From assembly GCA_040767925.1 (NCBI GenBank), contig JAXGNN010000001.1:1344921-1408920 (forward strand): 64,000 bases of DNA. Reading direction: 5' to 3'. The notes beneath the pieces were generated by a model. That model had not been told where the DNA came from and did not search any database. It saw only the letters and a program-made list of their open reading frames with translations. The position numbers and the translations under genes were made by a program. Every line of letters begins with the position of its first letter. The first letter of the stretch is position 1. Below, piece after piece: positions 39,118 to 49,118 of the stretch. Source of the stretch: Christensenellales bacterium. Its GTDB lineage: Bacteria > Bacillota > Clostridia > Christensenellales > CAG-138.

Positions 39118-40077
39118 ATGGAAGCATCGTCCGTGCGCAAACGCGAACCTCTCACCCCGGGGCAGAGAAGGAAGCGCCTGAGGAGGATCCTCATTTCTTT
39201 GGGCCTGTTGGTCGCGCTCACGCTGATCGTATGGCTGGGGGGCAACTACCTGTGGAACTACTATTTGCAGCCGCGCGCCTCGCAGAAGGAGGCCTACGAG
39301 AGGGCGCAGCTCGCGCTTGAAGGGAACGACGCCGCGGCCGCCATCGAGGCGCTCGCGCACGCGGGGGAACGCGAAGCGCTCGGCAGCTTTTTCCTCTCGC
39401 CGCGCGGCGGCCTCGCGCAATACCAGGGTGCGGACGACCAGCGCCTCGCGCTGCAGCTGGAACTCCTCCAAAGCGCCGCAGTGGGCGACGTCGTCTACTG
39501 GGGACGCTACGAGCAGAACACCAACCCGCTCGACGGACGCGAGGCGATCGCCTGGCGGGTGGTCGCGCGGGAGGGGAACGCGCTCACGCTCATCTCGCTC
39601 TACGGGCTCGACTGCAAGCCGTTTCAGAACACCCATCTGCCCGTGAGCTGGGCGACCTGCACGCTGCGGGAATGGCTCAACGAGGCGTTCTACCAGGCCG
39701 CCTTCCTCGGCTCCGAGCGGCTGATGATGGCGCAGCACGAGAACGCGGACGAGGCGAACCCCGTTTTCGGCACCACGGGCGGCAAGACCGTGCGGGACAT
39801 GGTTTATGTGCCGAGCATTTCGGAAGCGCTCGCGTGGTTTTCAAGCGACGCGGATCGGATCACCAGGAGCACCGCCTACGCCAAGGCCTGGGGCGCCAAC
39901 TACCGCGAGGAAACCTGCTGGTACTGGCTGCGCAACCCGGGGGACAACGAATTCCGCAAGGCCATCGTGCACAACGACGGCTCGATCTATTACGAGGGAT
40001 ATATGGTGACGCTCTCCACCACGGCGACCATACGCCCCGTCGTCAACGTCGACCTTTCGGGCAAGGTCAAAGGCTAA
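39118..40077 (+). CDS. Membrane-anchored DUF6273-like protein
   Basis: Start at ATG 39118 (AAAGGAG RBS). N-terminal TM ILISLGLLVALTLIVWL. C-terminal pattern IAWRVV..LREWLN..WYWLRNPG..ATIRPVV is typical of that family, as recalled from memory. Confidence 0.6.
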   Translation: MEASSVRKREPLTPGQRRKRLRRILISLGLLVALTLIVWLGGNYLWNYYLQPRASQKEAYERAQLALEGNDAAAAIEALAHAGEREALGSFFLSPRGGLAQYQGADDQRLALQLELLQSAAVGDVVYWGRYEQNTNPLDGREAIAWRVVAREGNALTLISLYGLDCKPFQNTHLPVSWATCTLREWLNEAFYQAAFLGSERLMMAQHENADEANPVFGTTGGKTVRDMVYVPSISEALAWFSSDADRITRSTAYAKAWGANYREETCWYWLRNPGDNEFRKAIVHNDGSIYYEGYMVTLSTTATIRPVVNVDLSGKVKG

Positions 40078-40108
40078 GGCAGCGCATCACACAACCGGAG
40101 GAAACCGC

Positions 40109-40738
40109 TTGAGGACCATACTGTGCTACGGCGACTCGCTCACCTGGGGCTATACCCCCGTTTCGGGCGCGCGCTATCCGAGGGACGTCCGCTGGACGGG
40201 CGTGCTCGCGCGCGAGCTTGGGGCCTGCTATGAGATCATCGAGGAAGGACTCAACGGCCGCACCACCGCCTTCGACGTTTTCTATAACCCCAACCTCAAC
40301 GGCGCGGCGCATCTGGAGACGGAGCTTCTGACGCACGCGCCGCTCGACCTCGTGATCCTCATGCTCGGCACCAACGACCTCGTGCTCAGGCGTACCGCGT
40401 GGGAGGCTTCGCGCGGCGCGTCACGGCTCGTTTCCATCGTCCGGGGGAACCCCGGCTGCTTTTTGGATGGGGAGCCGCGCGCGCTGCTCGTCGCCCCGCC
40501 GCACATCGGCGAGAACATCGCCCGGGTGGACATGTCCCCCCTCGCCGAAACCGGCTGTGAGGAGGCGAAGAAGTTCGCCCCTCTGTACCTGCTCGTCGCC
40601 CGGAAGAACGACTGCCATTTCCTCGACGCGGGCGCCATCGCGGAGCCCGGCAAGCTCGACGCGGTACATTTCGATGAAGCCGGCCACCGCCTTTTCGGCG
40701 AGGCCGTTGCAAAAAAAGTGAGGAGCATATTCAAATGA
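40109..40738 (+). CDS. SGNH/GDSL hydrolase (arylesterase-like)
   Basis: TTG start with GGAGGA RBS. Block I ILCYGDSLTWG, block V DAVHFDEAGH. Confidence 0.85.
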   Translation: MRTILCYGDSLTWGYTPVSGARYPRDVRWTGVLARELGACYEIIEEGLNGRTTAFDVFYNPNLNGAAHLETELLTHAPLDLVILMLGTNDLVLRRTAWEASRGASRLVSIVRGNPGCFLDGEPRALLVAPPHIGENIARVDMSPLAETGCEEAKKFAPLYLLVARKNDCHFLDAGAIAEPGKLDAVHFDEAGHRLFGEAVAKKVRSIFK

Positions 40739-42150
40739 ACTACGACATTGCCGCGCTCGACGCGGCGCTCGAGGCCCGCATCCTGAAAAAGAAGCTCCCC
40801 GGCGTTTCAGTTTCGATCCGCGGGCGGGAAGGCGTCATCTTCGAGAAGGGCTACGGCTTCGCGGACGTCGAGGCCGGCCGCGCCATCAACGAGCACACCG
40901 TGATGGGCATCGCCTCCATGAGCAAGTCCATGGTGACGCTTTGCCTCGCCATCCTCGGGGCGGAGGGGAAATTCAGCTTCGACGACCCCGTCGTGAAGTA
41001 TTTCCCCAAATTCCGCGTGCCCGGCAACCCCGCGGAGGACGTCACCTGCCGCCACCTCGCGATGCACACCTCGGGCATACCGCCCATGGAGCCGCTCGAG
41101 TGGTCCATCGTGATGAACACGCCCCCGGGGCGCGAGAGCGAATGGCGCAACGAGCTCATGCGCAGCGCCCCCAACAAAATGGAAACCATCGACGAGATCG
41201 TCGACTACATCGCCGAGGGGCGGCACAAGACGCTCGGCCAGGCGGGCGAGTACATGAGCTACTCGAACGAGGGCTACGCCATCCTTTCCTACATCGTCGA
41301 CATGGCCTCGGGCACGACGCTCGAGGAGTTTTTGAAAGAGCGCGTGTTCGGCCCCCTCGGCATGACGCGCAGCGTGCTCGACGTGGACGCCTCCGAAGCG
41401 AAGAGGATCGCTTCCGACGGCAACATCACGCGCCTCTACGGCGCGGACGAGAAGGGCAACCTCACCGTGGACGACATCTGGTCCGTGCTGCCCCCGTTCC
41501 GCGGCTGCGGCTGCGTCAAGAGCACGGCGCACGACATGGCGCGCTATTACCAGTGCCTTTCGGACGGCGGCAGGATCGACGGCAGGCAGGCCATCCCCGA
41601 AACGGCGGTGGAGCTTCTGATTGGCGCGGGCTTCCCCGAGCAGGAGAAGGCGTTCTACTGCTGCGGCCTCAACAAGCGCGTGAAGCACGGCCACGTGTTC
41701 TGCGAGCACGCGGGCGGGCTGCACGGCGTCTCCACCTTCGGCGGGCTTATAAAGGGCGAGGGCTTCGGCGTGAGCGCTTTGTGCAACAAGGGCGACGAGG
41801 ATACGGACGACCTCGCGTGGATGATGTACAACATGCTCATCGGGAGGCCGCTCGGGGAGGACCACCGCTGGCTCTATCCCGCGGGCCGCGATTTCTCCGA
41901 GCCGGAGATGATCCTCGGCAGCTATATCTGCTACGAGGGGCAGCCCGTCGTGGTCGAGGTCTATCTCCGGGACGGCAAGCTCAAGGCGCATAACCCCTAC
42001 GGCGAGGGCGACATGGTCTATTGCGGCGGCACGTGGTTCACCATCTACCGGGAGGGCAAATACGCCGGCCGTGTGCGCTTCCTCATCCGCGACGGCAAGG
42101 CGTGGGGCGCCATGTTCTATACGCGGATTTACGAAAGGCTGGAGAATTGA
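40735..42150 (+). CDS. Serine hydrolase of the beta-lactamase/PBP4-related family
   Basis: SxxK motif IASMSKSM. ATGA overlap with the SGNH gene. Confidence 0.8.
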   Translation: MNYDIAALDAALEARILKKKLPGVSVSIRGREGVIFEKGYGFADVEAGRAINEHTVMGIASMSKSMVTLCLAILGAEGKFSFDDPVVKYFPKFRVPGNPAEDVTCRHLAMHTSGIPPMEPLEWSIVMNTPPGRESEWRNELMRSAPNKMETIDEIVDYIAEGRHKTLGQAGEYMSYSNEGYAILSYIVDMASGTTLEEFLKERVFGPLGMTRSVLDVDASEAKRIASDGNITRLYGADEKGNLTVDDIWSVLPPFRGCGCVKSTAHDMARYYQCLSDGGRIDGRQAIPETAVELLIGAGFPEQEKAFYCCGLNKRVKHGHVFCEHAGGLHGVSTFGGLIKGEGFGVSALCNKGDEDTDDLAWMMYNMLIGRPLGEDHRWLYPAGRDFSEPEMILGSYICYEGQPVVVEVYLRDGKLKAHNPYGEGDMVYCGGTWFTIYREGKYAGRVRFLIRDGKAWGAMFYTRIYERLEN

Positions 42151-42198
42151 GCCGAAGGGGCGGCTCCCGCGGCGCTTAAAACAGCGTCGCCCGTCGCC

Positions 42199-42280
42199 GG
42201 GCGGATATGGAATCCGCCCCTAAATGGACACCGACATGGGCGCGAACATCAAAACGGGGGTGGATATGGTATCCGCCCCC
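42199..42280. repeat. Two direct copies of the hairpin module only (locus 7)
   Basis: GGGCGGAT-ATGGA-ATCCGCCC (42199-42219) and GGGGGTGGAT-ATGGT-ATCCGCCCCC (42256-42280). Confidence 0.85.
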
Positions 42281-42306
42281 GCCGGTTTTATCCTGAGTTG
42301 CCTCAA

Positions 42307-43932
42307 TTATCTCAATTCCCGCTCGTAGACCACCCTGCCGTCCACCATGGTCATGACCGGGAGGATATCCCGTATTTTTTCCACGTCGCAGGTGAAGATG
42401 TCTTCGTCCAGCACGATGAGGTCGGCGCAGTGGCCGGGCCTGATGCGGCCTTTGACATTCTCCAGGAACTGCGCGTAAGCCGAGCCCTCGGTGAAAAGGT
42501 CGATCGCGAGCGGCACGTCGAGGCATTCCTCCGGGAAGAAGCCGGCCTCGGGCGCGCCCGTGGTGTCCTTGCGGGTGACGGCGCAGTAGATGCCGAGGAA
42601 CGGGTTGATCTCCTCCACAGGCCCGTCGGAGCCGAATGCCATGCCCACGCCCTTCTCGTGCATGGTTTTAAAGGGGAGGAACCAGCGGTTCATCTCCATC
42701 GGGAAGCGCGCCGCGACGGTGTAGGGGTCGGTGTTCAGGAAGATCGGCTGCACGTGGGTGATGACGCCCAGTTGCGCCGTGCGCTCGATGAGGGGCACGT
42801 CGAGGCACTGGTAATGGACGACGGCGTGGCGCAGGCGGTTTTCGCCGTCCGTCAAAACTTTTTCATAGGAATCGAGCACCATTTCGATGGCGCGGTCGCC
42901 CAGCGCGTGCGTGATGACCTGCATGCCGTTCCCGACGGCCAAGCCGACCATGGAGTCGATCAGCTCGTTGCTCATCGTCTCGGTGCCATAGTTGCCGGGA
43001 TCGTCGAGATAGCCCCCGCGCACCACGGCCGTGCGGCCGCCGAGAGAGCCGTCCTTGAAAAGCTTCAAGGGGCCGCGCGTGAGCATGCCGCCGTATTTGC
43101 CGGTTTTGTGCTCGCCCTTAAGATACGCCCTGAATTCGTCGGGGCTGTGGAAGCAGAGCTGGTGCTCGTAGCGAACGGGGGCCTTTCCCTCGTCGTAGAT
43201 CTCGTGCATGAGGCGGAAGAACTCCGCGTCCTCCATATAGGGGTTCATGCCGATGTCGTTGGACTGCACGGAGGTCAGGCCGTGCGAGACGGCGAACTCC
43301 ATCGCCCGGAGGATCCACGCCTTGAATTCCTCGCGCTCGGGCGGCTTCACCGCGCCCTGGATCGGATAGATGGCGCCTTCCGCGAAATAGCCGCTGGGGA
43401 AGCCGTCCTCCTCGATCCCGAAAAAGCCGTCCTTGTACTGGGGGGCGCCCGGGCCGAGGCCGACGGCCTCGATAACTTTGGTGTTGGCGGCGGCGACGTG
43501 GACGCAGGCCCGGATCAGGACCACCGGGATTTCCGTGGAAATGCGGTCGACGTCGTGCCGGTTGGGGTAACGCTTCTCCCCCGGGGGAAAGAGGTCCTGG
43601 TTCCAGCCGGAGGCGATCATGCCGTTTTTGACCGCGGCGGGATGCTCTTCGATGAACCTGCGGCAGCGCGCCACGATTTCGTCGATGGAACGGCAGCCGC
43701 GAAGGTCCGCCTGGTTGAGGCGCTGTGCCACCATCGAGAGGTGCAGGTGGGAATCGTTCAGGCCGGGGATCACGGTCCTGCCTCCGCAGTCGTAAACGTC
43801 GCATCCGCCCGCGCGCGCGAGAATCTCCTCGTCGGAACCCACGCTTTTGATGACGCCGTCCTCGATCAGCATCGCCTCGGCGAACCGGTCGCGGCCGAGA
43901 TAGACCTTCCCGTTGATGATTGCCCTCTTCAT
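42307..43932 (-). CDS. Amidohydrolase (Amidohydro_3 / YtcJ-like)
   Basis: PGLNDSHLHL, long lid insertion, HALGDRA, HVQPIF. Confidence 0.8.
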   Translation of the reverse strand: MKRAIINGKVYLGRDRFAEAMLIEDGVIKSVGSDEEILARAGGCDVYDCGGRTVIPGLNDSHLHLSMVAQRLNQADLRGCRSIDEIVARCRRFIEEHPAAVKNGMIASGWNQDLFPPGEKRYPNRHDVDRISTEIPVVLIRACVHVAAANTKVIEAVGLGPGAPQYKDGFFGIEEDGFPSGYFAEGAIYPIQGAVKPPEREEFKAWILRAMEFAVSHGLTSVQSNDIGMNPYMEDAEFFRLMHEIYDEGKAPVRYEHQLCFHSPDEFRAYLKGEHKTGKYGGMLTRGPLKLFKDGSLGGRTAVVRGGYLDDPGNYGTETMSNELIDSMVGLAVGNGMQVITHALGDRAIEMVLDSYEKVLTDGENRLRHAVVHYQCLDVPLIERTAQLGVITHVQPIFLNTDPYTVAARFPMEMNRWFLPFKTMHEKGVGMAFGSDGPVEEINPFLGIYCAVTRKDTTGAPEAGFFPEECLDVPLAIDLFTEGSAYAQFLENVKGRIRPGHCADLIVLDEDIFTCDVEKIRDILPVMTMVDGRVVYERELR

Positions 43933-44199
43933 TGTTCTTGTTCCTCGCGATCGTCCTGGAAAAGTTTGTTTTGCCCGCCGCCTGCAGGAGCCGGGCGCCG
44001 CACTTGCGGGAAGACGCCCCGCCCTTTTCGGCCACGTGCATCATATCACAGCGCCTTGCGCGGCGCAATCCTCCCGGCCGCCAAAAAATAGCTCTGATTT
44101 CCGCGCTGTAAGATGAAAAAGAGGAGCGGCGGCCCGCTCTCCCGCTTCCGCCGTCGCCGCGCCGGGGAATGTGACGCCATGCAGGGGAGGAAATATAGC

Positions 44200-44227
44200 T
44201 TGCAATTCTCAAAGCGCTATGTATAAT
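44200..44227 (+). promoter_or_regulatory. Candidate promoter of the liv operon (implies a ~250-nt leader)
   Basis: TTGCAA (44200-44205), 16 nt, TATAAT (44222-44227). Confidence 0.35.
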
Positions 44228-44487
44228 AGAGTCATGTTGCGGCCGAAATATGGTACATGCGTTTCGGCGGCGCACCCATCGGGCTTATAGCCATCTGAGA
44301 GCCGGCGAACGGCACCCCGAAAAACTGTTTTTTAGACATATGCGGTAAATGATCGTTTTGCGGCAAACTGCGGAATGTATGCGACGGCGAGAAGCATCCG
44401 GATGGAATGCTTCTGAGAGGCGCGGAGCTTCGCCTTATGACCGACTGATTGCGCGTTTTTAGATATCACAAAAAAGGAGGAAAACCA

Positions 44488-45654
44488 ATGAACAGAAAAG
44501 TTACGGCCGTTGCACTCGCGTGTATGATCCTGCTCTCCCTGACGGTGTGGGGCTGCGGCACGAAGACCGGCGGAGAAGACACGATTAAAATCGGATGGTA
44601 CGGCCCTCTGACCGGCCCGCAGGCCGTGTGGGGCACGGCCGAATTGAACGGCGCGAAGATGGCCGCCGAGGAGATCAACGACGCCGGCGGCGTGCTCGGC
44701 AAGAAGATCGAGATCATCGGCTACGACACGAAGGCCGAGTCTCAGGAAGCGGTCAACGCCGTCAAGCGCCTGGTCGGGCAGGATAAGGTCGTCGCGATCC
44801 TCGGGCCGAACTCGAGCGGAAGCGCCATCGCGGCCAACCCCATCCTGGAGGAGTACAAGATCCCCGCCGTTGCGACGGTCGCGACCAACCCCAAGGTGAC
44901 GGTGCTCGATGGGAAGGTCAACCCCTTCCACTTCCGGGTCTGCTTCATCGATCCCTATCAAGGCGCTGTCGCTGCCGGCTTCTCGTACGACGTGCTGCAG
45001 GGGAAAACCGCCGCCATCATGTATGACGTGAGCAGCGAGGGCTCCGAGGGCATCGTGGAGTTTTTCGAGGCCGCCTTCATCAAGAAGGGCGGCACCATCG
45101 TCGCCAAGGAAGTGTTCCGCGGCGGTGATGTCGACTTCAGACCCCAGCTGAGCAAAATCAAGGAAGCCAACCCCGACGTCATCTTCCTGCCGGTCGCCTA
45201 CAAGGAAGTCGCCCTGTGCACGACGCAGGCGAGGGACCTCGGGATCACGGTGCCGTTCATGGGAACCGACCTGTGGCCTTCCGAAGATCTGCTGACCATG
45301 GCGGGCGCCGCCGTGGAGGGATGCTATTTTGTTAACCACATGGATCTTGACGACCCGTCGGTGGCAGAATACAGGGAGAAGTACGAAGAGAAGTACGGCA
45401 TACCGGCGGAGGTCAACATCTTCCTCGTCCACGACGCGCTGCACATGGTGGTCGACGCGATCAAGCGGGCGGGCGTCGCCGATCCGGTGAAGATCGCCGA
45501 GGCGCTCGAAACGACCGACATTCCCGGGCTGACCGGAAGGATCGTCATCAACAAGGACACCCACGACCCCGAGGGGAAAGAGGCGGCCATCATTAAAATC
45601 GAAAACGGAAAGTTCGTTTTCACGCAGAGGTATTCGCCCGAGGATGTCCAGTGA
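44488..45654 (+). CDS. Branched-chain amino-acid ABC transporter substrate-binding lipoprotein
   Basis: Start at ATG 44488 (AAGGAGG RBS). Lipobox LTVWGC. IKIGWYGPLTGPQAVWG, ILGPNSSGSA. Confidence 0.88.
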   Translation: MNRKVTAVALACMILLSLTVWGCGTKTGGEDTIKIGWYGPLTGPQAVWGTAELNGAKMAAEEINDAGGVLGKKIEIIGYDTKAESQEAVNAVKRLVGQDKVVAILGPNSSGSAIAANPILEEYKIPAVATVATNPKVTVLDGKVNPFHFRVCFIDPYQGAVAAGFSYDVLQGKTAAIMYDVSSEGSEGIVEFFEAAFIKKGGTIVAKEVFRGGDVDFRPQLSKIKEANPDVIFLPVAYKEVALCTTQARDLGITVPFMGTDLWPSEDLLTMAGAAVEGCYFVNHMDLDDPSVAEYREKYEEKYGIPAEVNIFLVHDALHMVVDAIKRAGVADPVKIAEALETTDIPGLTGRIVINKDTHDPEGKEAAIIKIENGKFVFTQRYSPEDVQ

Positions 45655-45740
45655 TTAGTTGCTAAACGGTTCTTTGAAGCAGGGAAGACTACATCCTTAG
45701 TTTTCCCTGCTTCAATCATAACGGTGAGGAGGAGAACACC

Positions 45741-46625
45741 ATGTCCCAGTTTTTACAGCAGCTGGTAAACGGCCTGTCGATCGGCAGTGTCTACGCGCTC
45801 ATGGCGGTCGGCTATTCGCTCGTTTACAGCATCATGAACTTCAGCAATTTCGCCCACGGCGGCGTCATCATGCTCGGCGCCTACTTCGGCTATTTTTATC
45901 TCACCACGATAAAGCTGCCTTTTTCATTCGCATTTATCGTTGCGGCGCTGACGACGTGCCTCGTGGCGGTCATCATCGAAAGCTTCGCCTACAGGCCGCT
46001 TCGGGCGAGAAAGGCCCCGTTCCTGTATTTCATCATTTCCGCCATGGGGGTTTCGATTTTCCTCGAGAATCTCATAATCGCCATTCCTTCCATCGGCCCG
46101 AATTTCAGGACCTACCCCGCGATCTTCCCGCCCGAGCCCATCTCGCTGGGAAGCGTCACCATCGGAAGGATTGATTTCGTTATGTTCATCATATCCGCCG
46201 TCTGCCTCCTCTTCCTGATCTTCTTCATCGACCACACGAAGATCGGCAAGGCGATCCAGGCGACCGCCTACAATCCCAAGGCCAGCGCCCTGATGGGGAT
46301 CAACACCAACCTCGTCGTCGTGATCGTCTTCGCGCTCGGCGGCTTTTTCGCCGGCATCGCGGGCGTGCTGTTCGGCATGAAATACACGGTCTATCCCCAG
46401 ATCGGCCTTATCACGAACAAATCCTTCATCGCAGCGGTGTTCGGCGGGCTCGGGAGCCTGCCGGGGGCGGTAGTCGGCTCGGTGCTGCTGGGGATCATTG
46501 AGACCCTGACGGCCGGATACCTGTCCTCCCAGTTCCGGGACCTGATCGCGTTCGTGTTGCTTCTGGGCATACTGATCGTGCGTCCCACGGGGCTGATGGG
46601 CAAGGCCACCGAAGACAAGGCTTAA
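45741..46625 (+). CDS. livH: Branched-chain amino-acid ABC permease LivH
   Basis: LVNGLSIGSVYALMAVGYSLVYS, NFAHGG. Confidence 0.9.
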   Translation: MSQFLQQLVNGLSIGSVYALMAVGYSLVYSIMNFSNFAHGGVIMLGAYFGYFYLTTIKLPFSFAFIVAALTTCLVAVIIESFAYRPLRARKAPFLYFIISAMGVSIFLENLIIAIPSIGPNFRTYPAIFPPEPISLGSVTIGRIDFVMFIISAVCLLFLIFFIDHTKIGKAIQATAYNPKASALMGINTNLVVVIVFALGGFFAGIAGVLFGMKYTVYPQIGLITNKSFIAAVFGGLGSLPGAVVGSVLLGIIETLTAGYLSSQFRDLIAFVLLLGILIVRPTGLMGKATEDKA

Positions 46626-46642
46626 GAAAAAGGGGCGAACAT

Positions 46643-47545
46643 ATGGATTCTATGTATCTTCAAGGCATACTGATCCTGGTGGGGATCAACCTCATGGCCG
46701 TGCTGGGGTTGTGCCTGCTCACCGGCTTCACCGGCCTTTTCTCCTTCGGGCACGCGGGCTTCATGGCCATCGGCGCGTACGCGTCGGCCTTCATGACGGT
46801 GAAACTGGGCTGGCCCTTCATCCCCGCCCTTTTGGTGGGCGCCCTGGCGGCGGCCCTCATCAGCGCCCTCATCGGCAAGGTGACGCTGAACTTAAAGGGC
46901 GACTACTTCTGCATCGCGACGCTGGGCTTCGGCGAGGCGATGCGGCTCATCCTCGAAAACGTCCGGTATTTCGGCGGCGCGCGCGGATGGCCCGGCATCC
47001 CTTCGCACACGTCGCTTCTCAACGTGGTCCTCATCAACATCGTCGCCGTATTCCTTCTTGCGAACCTCAAGCGCTCGCGGCACGGCAGGAACATGATCGC
47101 CGTGCGGGAGGAGGAACTCGCCTCGCAGGTGGTGGGGATCGACGTGTTCCGCTACAAGCTGATTTCGCTCATGATCAGCGCCGCCTACGCGGGCGTCGCC
47201 GGCGGCCTCATGGGGCATTACATGACCTTCCTCCAGCCCGCCATGTTCAGCCTGGTGAAATCCACCGAGCTGACCATCATCGTCATCTTCGGCGGCCTAG
47301 GCAGCATATCGGGCAGCATCCTCGGGACGCTCGTGCTCACGGCCCTGCCGGAAGCGCTCCGGACCTTCTCGAACTGGCGCCTCGTCATCTACGGCCTGTC
47401 CGTCGTCGTCATCATGATCTCCCGGCCCAGCGGCCTCATGGGCGGGTACGAGCTGACCCTGGGCAGCATGAGAAAGCTCATCGCCAAATTGAGGCGCAAA
47501 AGAACAGGCTCTCCCGAGGACGGGGAGGGAGGTGAAACCGCGTGA
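46643..47545 (+). CDS. livM: Branched-chain amino-acid ABC permease LivM
   Basis: TGFTGLFSFGHAGFMAIGAY. Confidence 0.9.
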   Translation: MDSMYLQGILILVGINLMAVLGLCLLTGFTGLFSFGHAGFMAIGAYASAFMTVKLGWPFIPALLVGALAAALISALIGKVTLNLKGDYFCIATLGFGEAMRLILENVRYFGGARGWPGIPSHTSLLNVVLINIVAVFLLANLKRSRHGRNMIAVREEELASQVVGIDVFRYKLISLMISAAYAGVAGGLMGHYMTFLQPAMFSLVKSTELTIIVIFGGLGSISGSILGTLVLTALPEALRTFSNWRLVIYGLSVVVIMISRPSGLMGGYELTLGSMRKLIAKLRRKRTGSPEDGEGGETA

Positions 47546-48306
47546 ATAAGCTTGAGTTGAAAAACCTGACGAAGACTTTCGGCGGCCTCACTGCGGTGGG
47601 CAACGTCGATTTTGAGGTGCCCGCGGACCGCATCAGCGGGCTCATCGGCCCGAACGGCGCCGGGAAGACCACGATTTTCAACCTGATCACCGGCGTATAT
47701 AAGGTGACGGAAGGCCAGGTCCTCTTCGAGGAGCAGGACATCACCGACAAGCCCCCCTATATGATCGCCCAGCACGGCATCACGCGGACCTTTCAGAATA
47801 TCCGGCTCTTCAAGAAGCTGACCGTTTATGAAAACGTGCTGGTCGCCTGCCACGACAACGCGAACTATACGCTCGCGGAATCCCTGCTCCGGCTGCCGCG
47901 CTGCAGCAGGCAGGAAAAGCTGCTCAAAGAGAAGAGCGAAACCCTCCTCGAGATCATGGGGCTGCAGAACAGGAAGGATCTCGTCGCCAACAACCTTCCG
48001 TACGGTCTGCAGCGGCGGCTTGAAATCGCCCGGGCGCTCGCGCTCAACCCAAGGCTCCTTCTGCTCGACGAGCCCGCCGCCGGCATGAACCCGGACGAGA
48101 CGGCGCAGCTCATGCGGCTCATCCTCGAAATCAAGGAGAAGTTCGGGCTCACCATACTCATCATCGACCACCATATGGACCTGGTGATGGGCGTGTGCGA
48201 GAAGATCATGGTGCTCAACTTCGGGTGCAAACTGGCTGAAGGCACCCCCCAGGAAGTGCAGAACAACCCGAAGGTTGTCGAGGCCTATCTGGGAGTGGAG
48301 GGATAA
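47542..48306 (+). CDS. livG: Branched-chain amino-acid ABC ATP-binding protein LivG
   Basis: GTG start in a GTGA overlap with livM. GPNGAGKTT, LPYGLQRRLEIARAL, LLLDEPAAG. Confidence 0.93.
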   Translation: MNKLELKNLTKTFGGLTAVGNVDFEVPADRISGLIGPNGAGKTTIFNLITGVYKVTEGQVLFEEQDITDKPPYMIAQHGITRTFQNIRLFKKLTVYENVLVACHDNANYTLAESLLRLPRCSRQEKLLKEKSETLLEIMGLQNRKDLVANNLPYGLQRRLEIARALALNPRLLLLDEPAAGMNPDETAQLMRLILEIKEKFGLTILIIDHHMDLVMGVCEKIMVLNFGCKLAEGTPQEVQNNPKVVEAYLGVEG

Positions 48307-48309
48307 GCG

Positions 48310-49017
48310 ATGTTAAAGATTGAGAATCTGAACATTTACTACGGCGGCATCCACGCCATACGCGGGGTCGACCTCGAGATCAACCAGGGCGAGATCGTGA
48401 CCATCATCGGCTCCAACGGCGCCGGGAAGTCCACGCTGCTCAACGCGATCTCCGGCTTTTTGAAGAGCAAGCAGGGTTCGATTTCCTATAAGGGAGAGAA
48501 ACTGCCGCTGAGCCCCAGCAGGGTCGTGAAGAAGGGCATCTGCCAGATCCCCGAGGGGAGGCTGGTGTTCGCGAACCTGAGCGTCGCGGAGAACCTGATG
48601 CTCGGCGCGTTCCTTCGAAAGGACCACAAGAAGATCAGGGAGGATCTCGAGGGCGTGTATTCCCTGTTCCCCAGGCTGAAGGAGAGGGAAAAGCAGCCCG
48701 CGGGCACCTTGAGCGGGGGCGAGCAGCAGATGCTCGCCATCGGCCGCGGCCTGATGAGCGATCCCGAGCTGATGCTACTCGATGAACCCTCGCTCGGCCT
48801 TTCCCCCATCCTGATCCAGACGGTGTTCGAGATCATCGTCAACATCCGGGAGATGGGCAAAACCATCCTCCTCGTCGAGCAGAACGCCTACAAGGCGCTC
48901 TCGGTCGCGGACCGGGCGTACGTGCTCGAGCAGGGCAAGATCATCCTCGAGGGCAACGCCCGCGACATTTCCAACGATCCGAGCATCAAGCAGGCGTATC
49001 TCGGCGCCGGCAAATAA
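48310..49017 (+). CDS. livF: Branched-chain amino-acid ABC ATP-binding protein LivF
   Basis: GSNGAGKST, LSGGEQQMLAIGRGL, LLDEPSLGL. Confidence 0.93.
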   Translation: MLKIENLNIYYGGIHAIRGVDLEINQGEIVTIIGSNGAGKSTLLNAISGFLKSKQGSISYKGEKLPLSPSRVVKKGICQIPEGRLVFANLSVAENLMLGAFLRKDHKKIREDLEGVYSLFPRLKEREKQPAGTLSGGEQQMLAIGRGLMSDPELMLLDEPSLGLSPILIQTVFEIIVNIREMGKTILLVEQNAYKALSVADRAYVLEQGKIILEGNARDISNDPSIKQAYLGAGK

Positions 49018-49028
49018 TCTTCATTCCT

Positions 49029-49056
49029 GCCGTTTCCGGGCTTGCCCGGGGACGGC
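49029..49056 (+). terminator. Nested GC hairpin after livF
   Basis: GCCGT-TT-CCGGGC-TT-GCCCGG-GG-ACGGC. No T tract, so termination is uncertain. Confidence 0.3.
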
Positions 49057-49118
49057 ATCCGTCTGCCCCGGCGCGCAAGCGGCCCGGCGGCGCCCACTAA
49101 CCACAGGGGAGGAGAACT

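Noticed and set aside
44112-44192. 26-aa Arg-rich small ORF (MKKRSGGPLSRFRRRRAGECDAMQGRKY) upstream of the liv promoter.
   Set aside because: No RBS and no conservation cue. Its composition matches random GC-rich DNA.
44228-44487. T-box or other known riboswitch in the liv leader.
   Set aside because: No T-box sequence (GGGTGGTACCGCG-like) and no specifier-loop features. There is only a superficial CTGAGAG / CCGGCGAAC resemblance to TPP or ZTP motifs, without their other conserved blocks.
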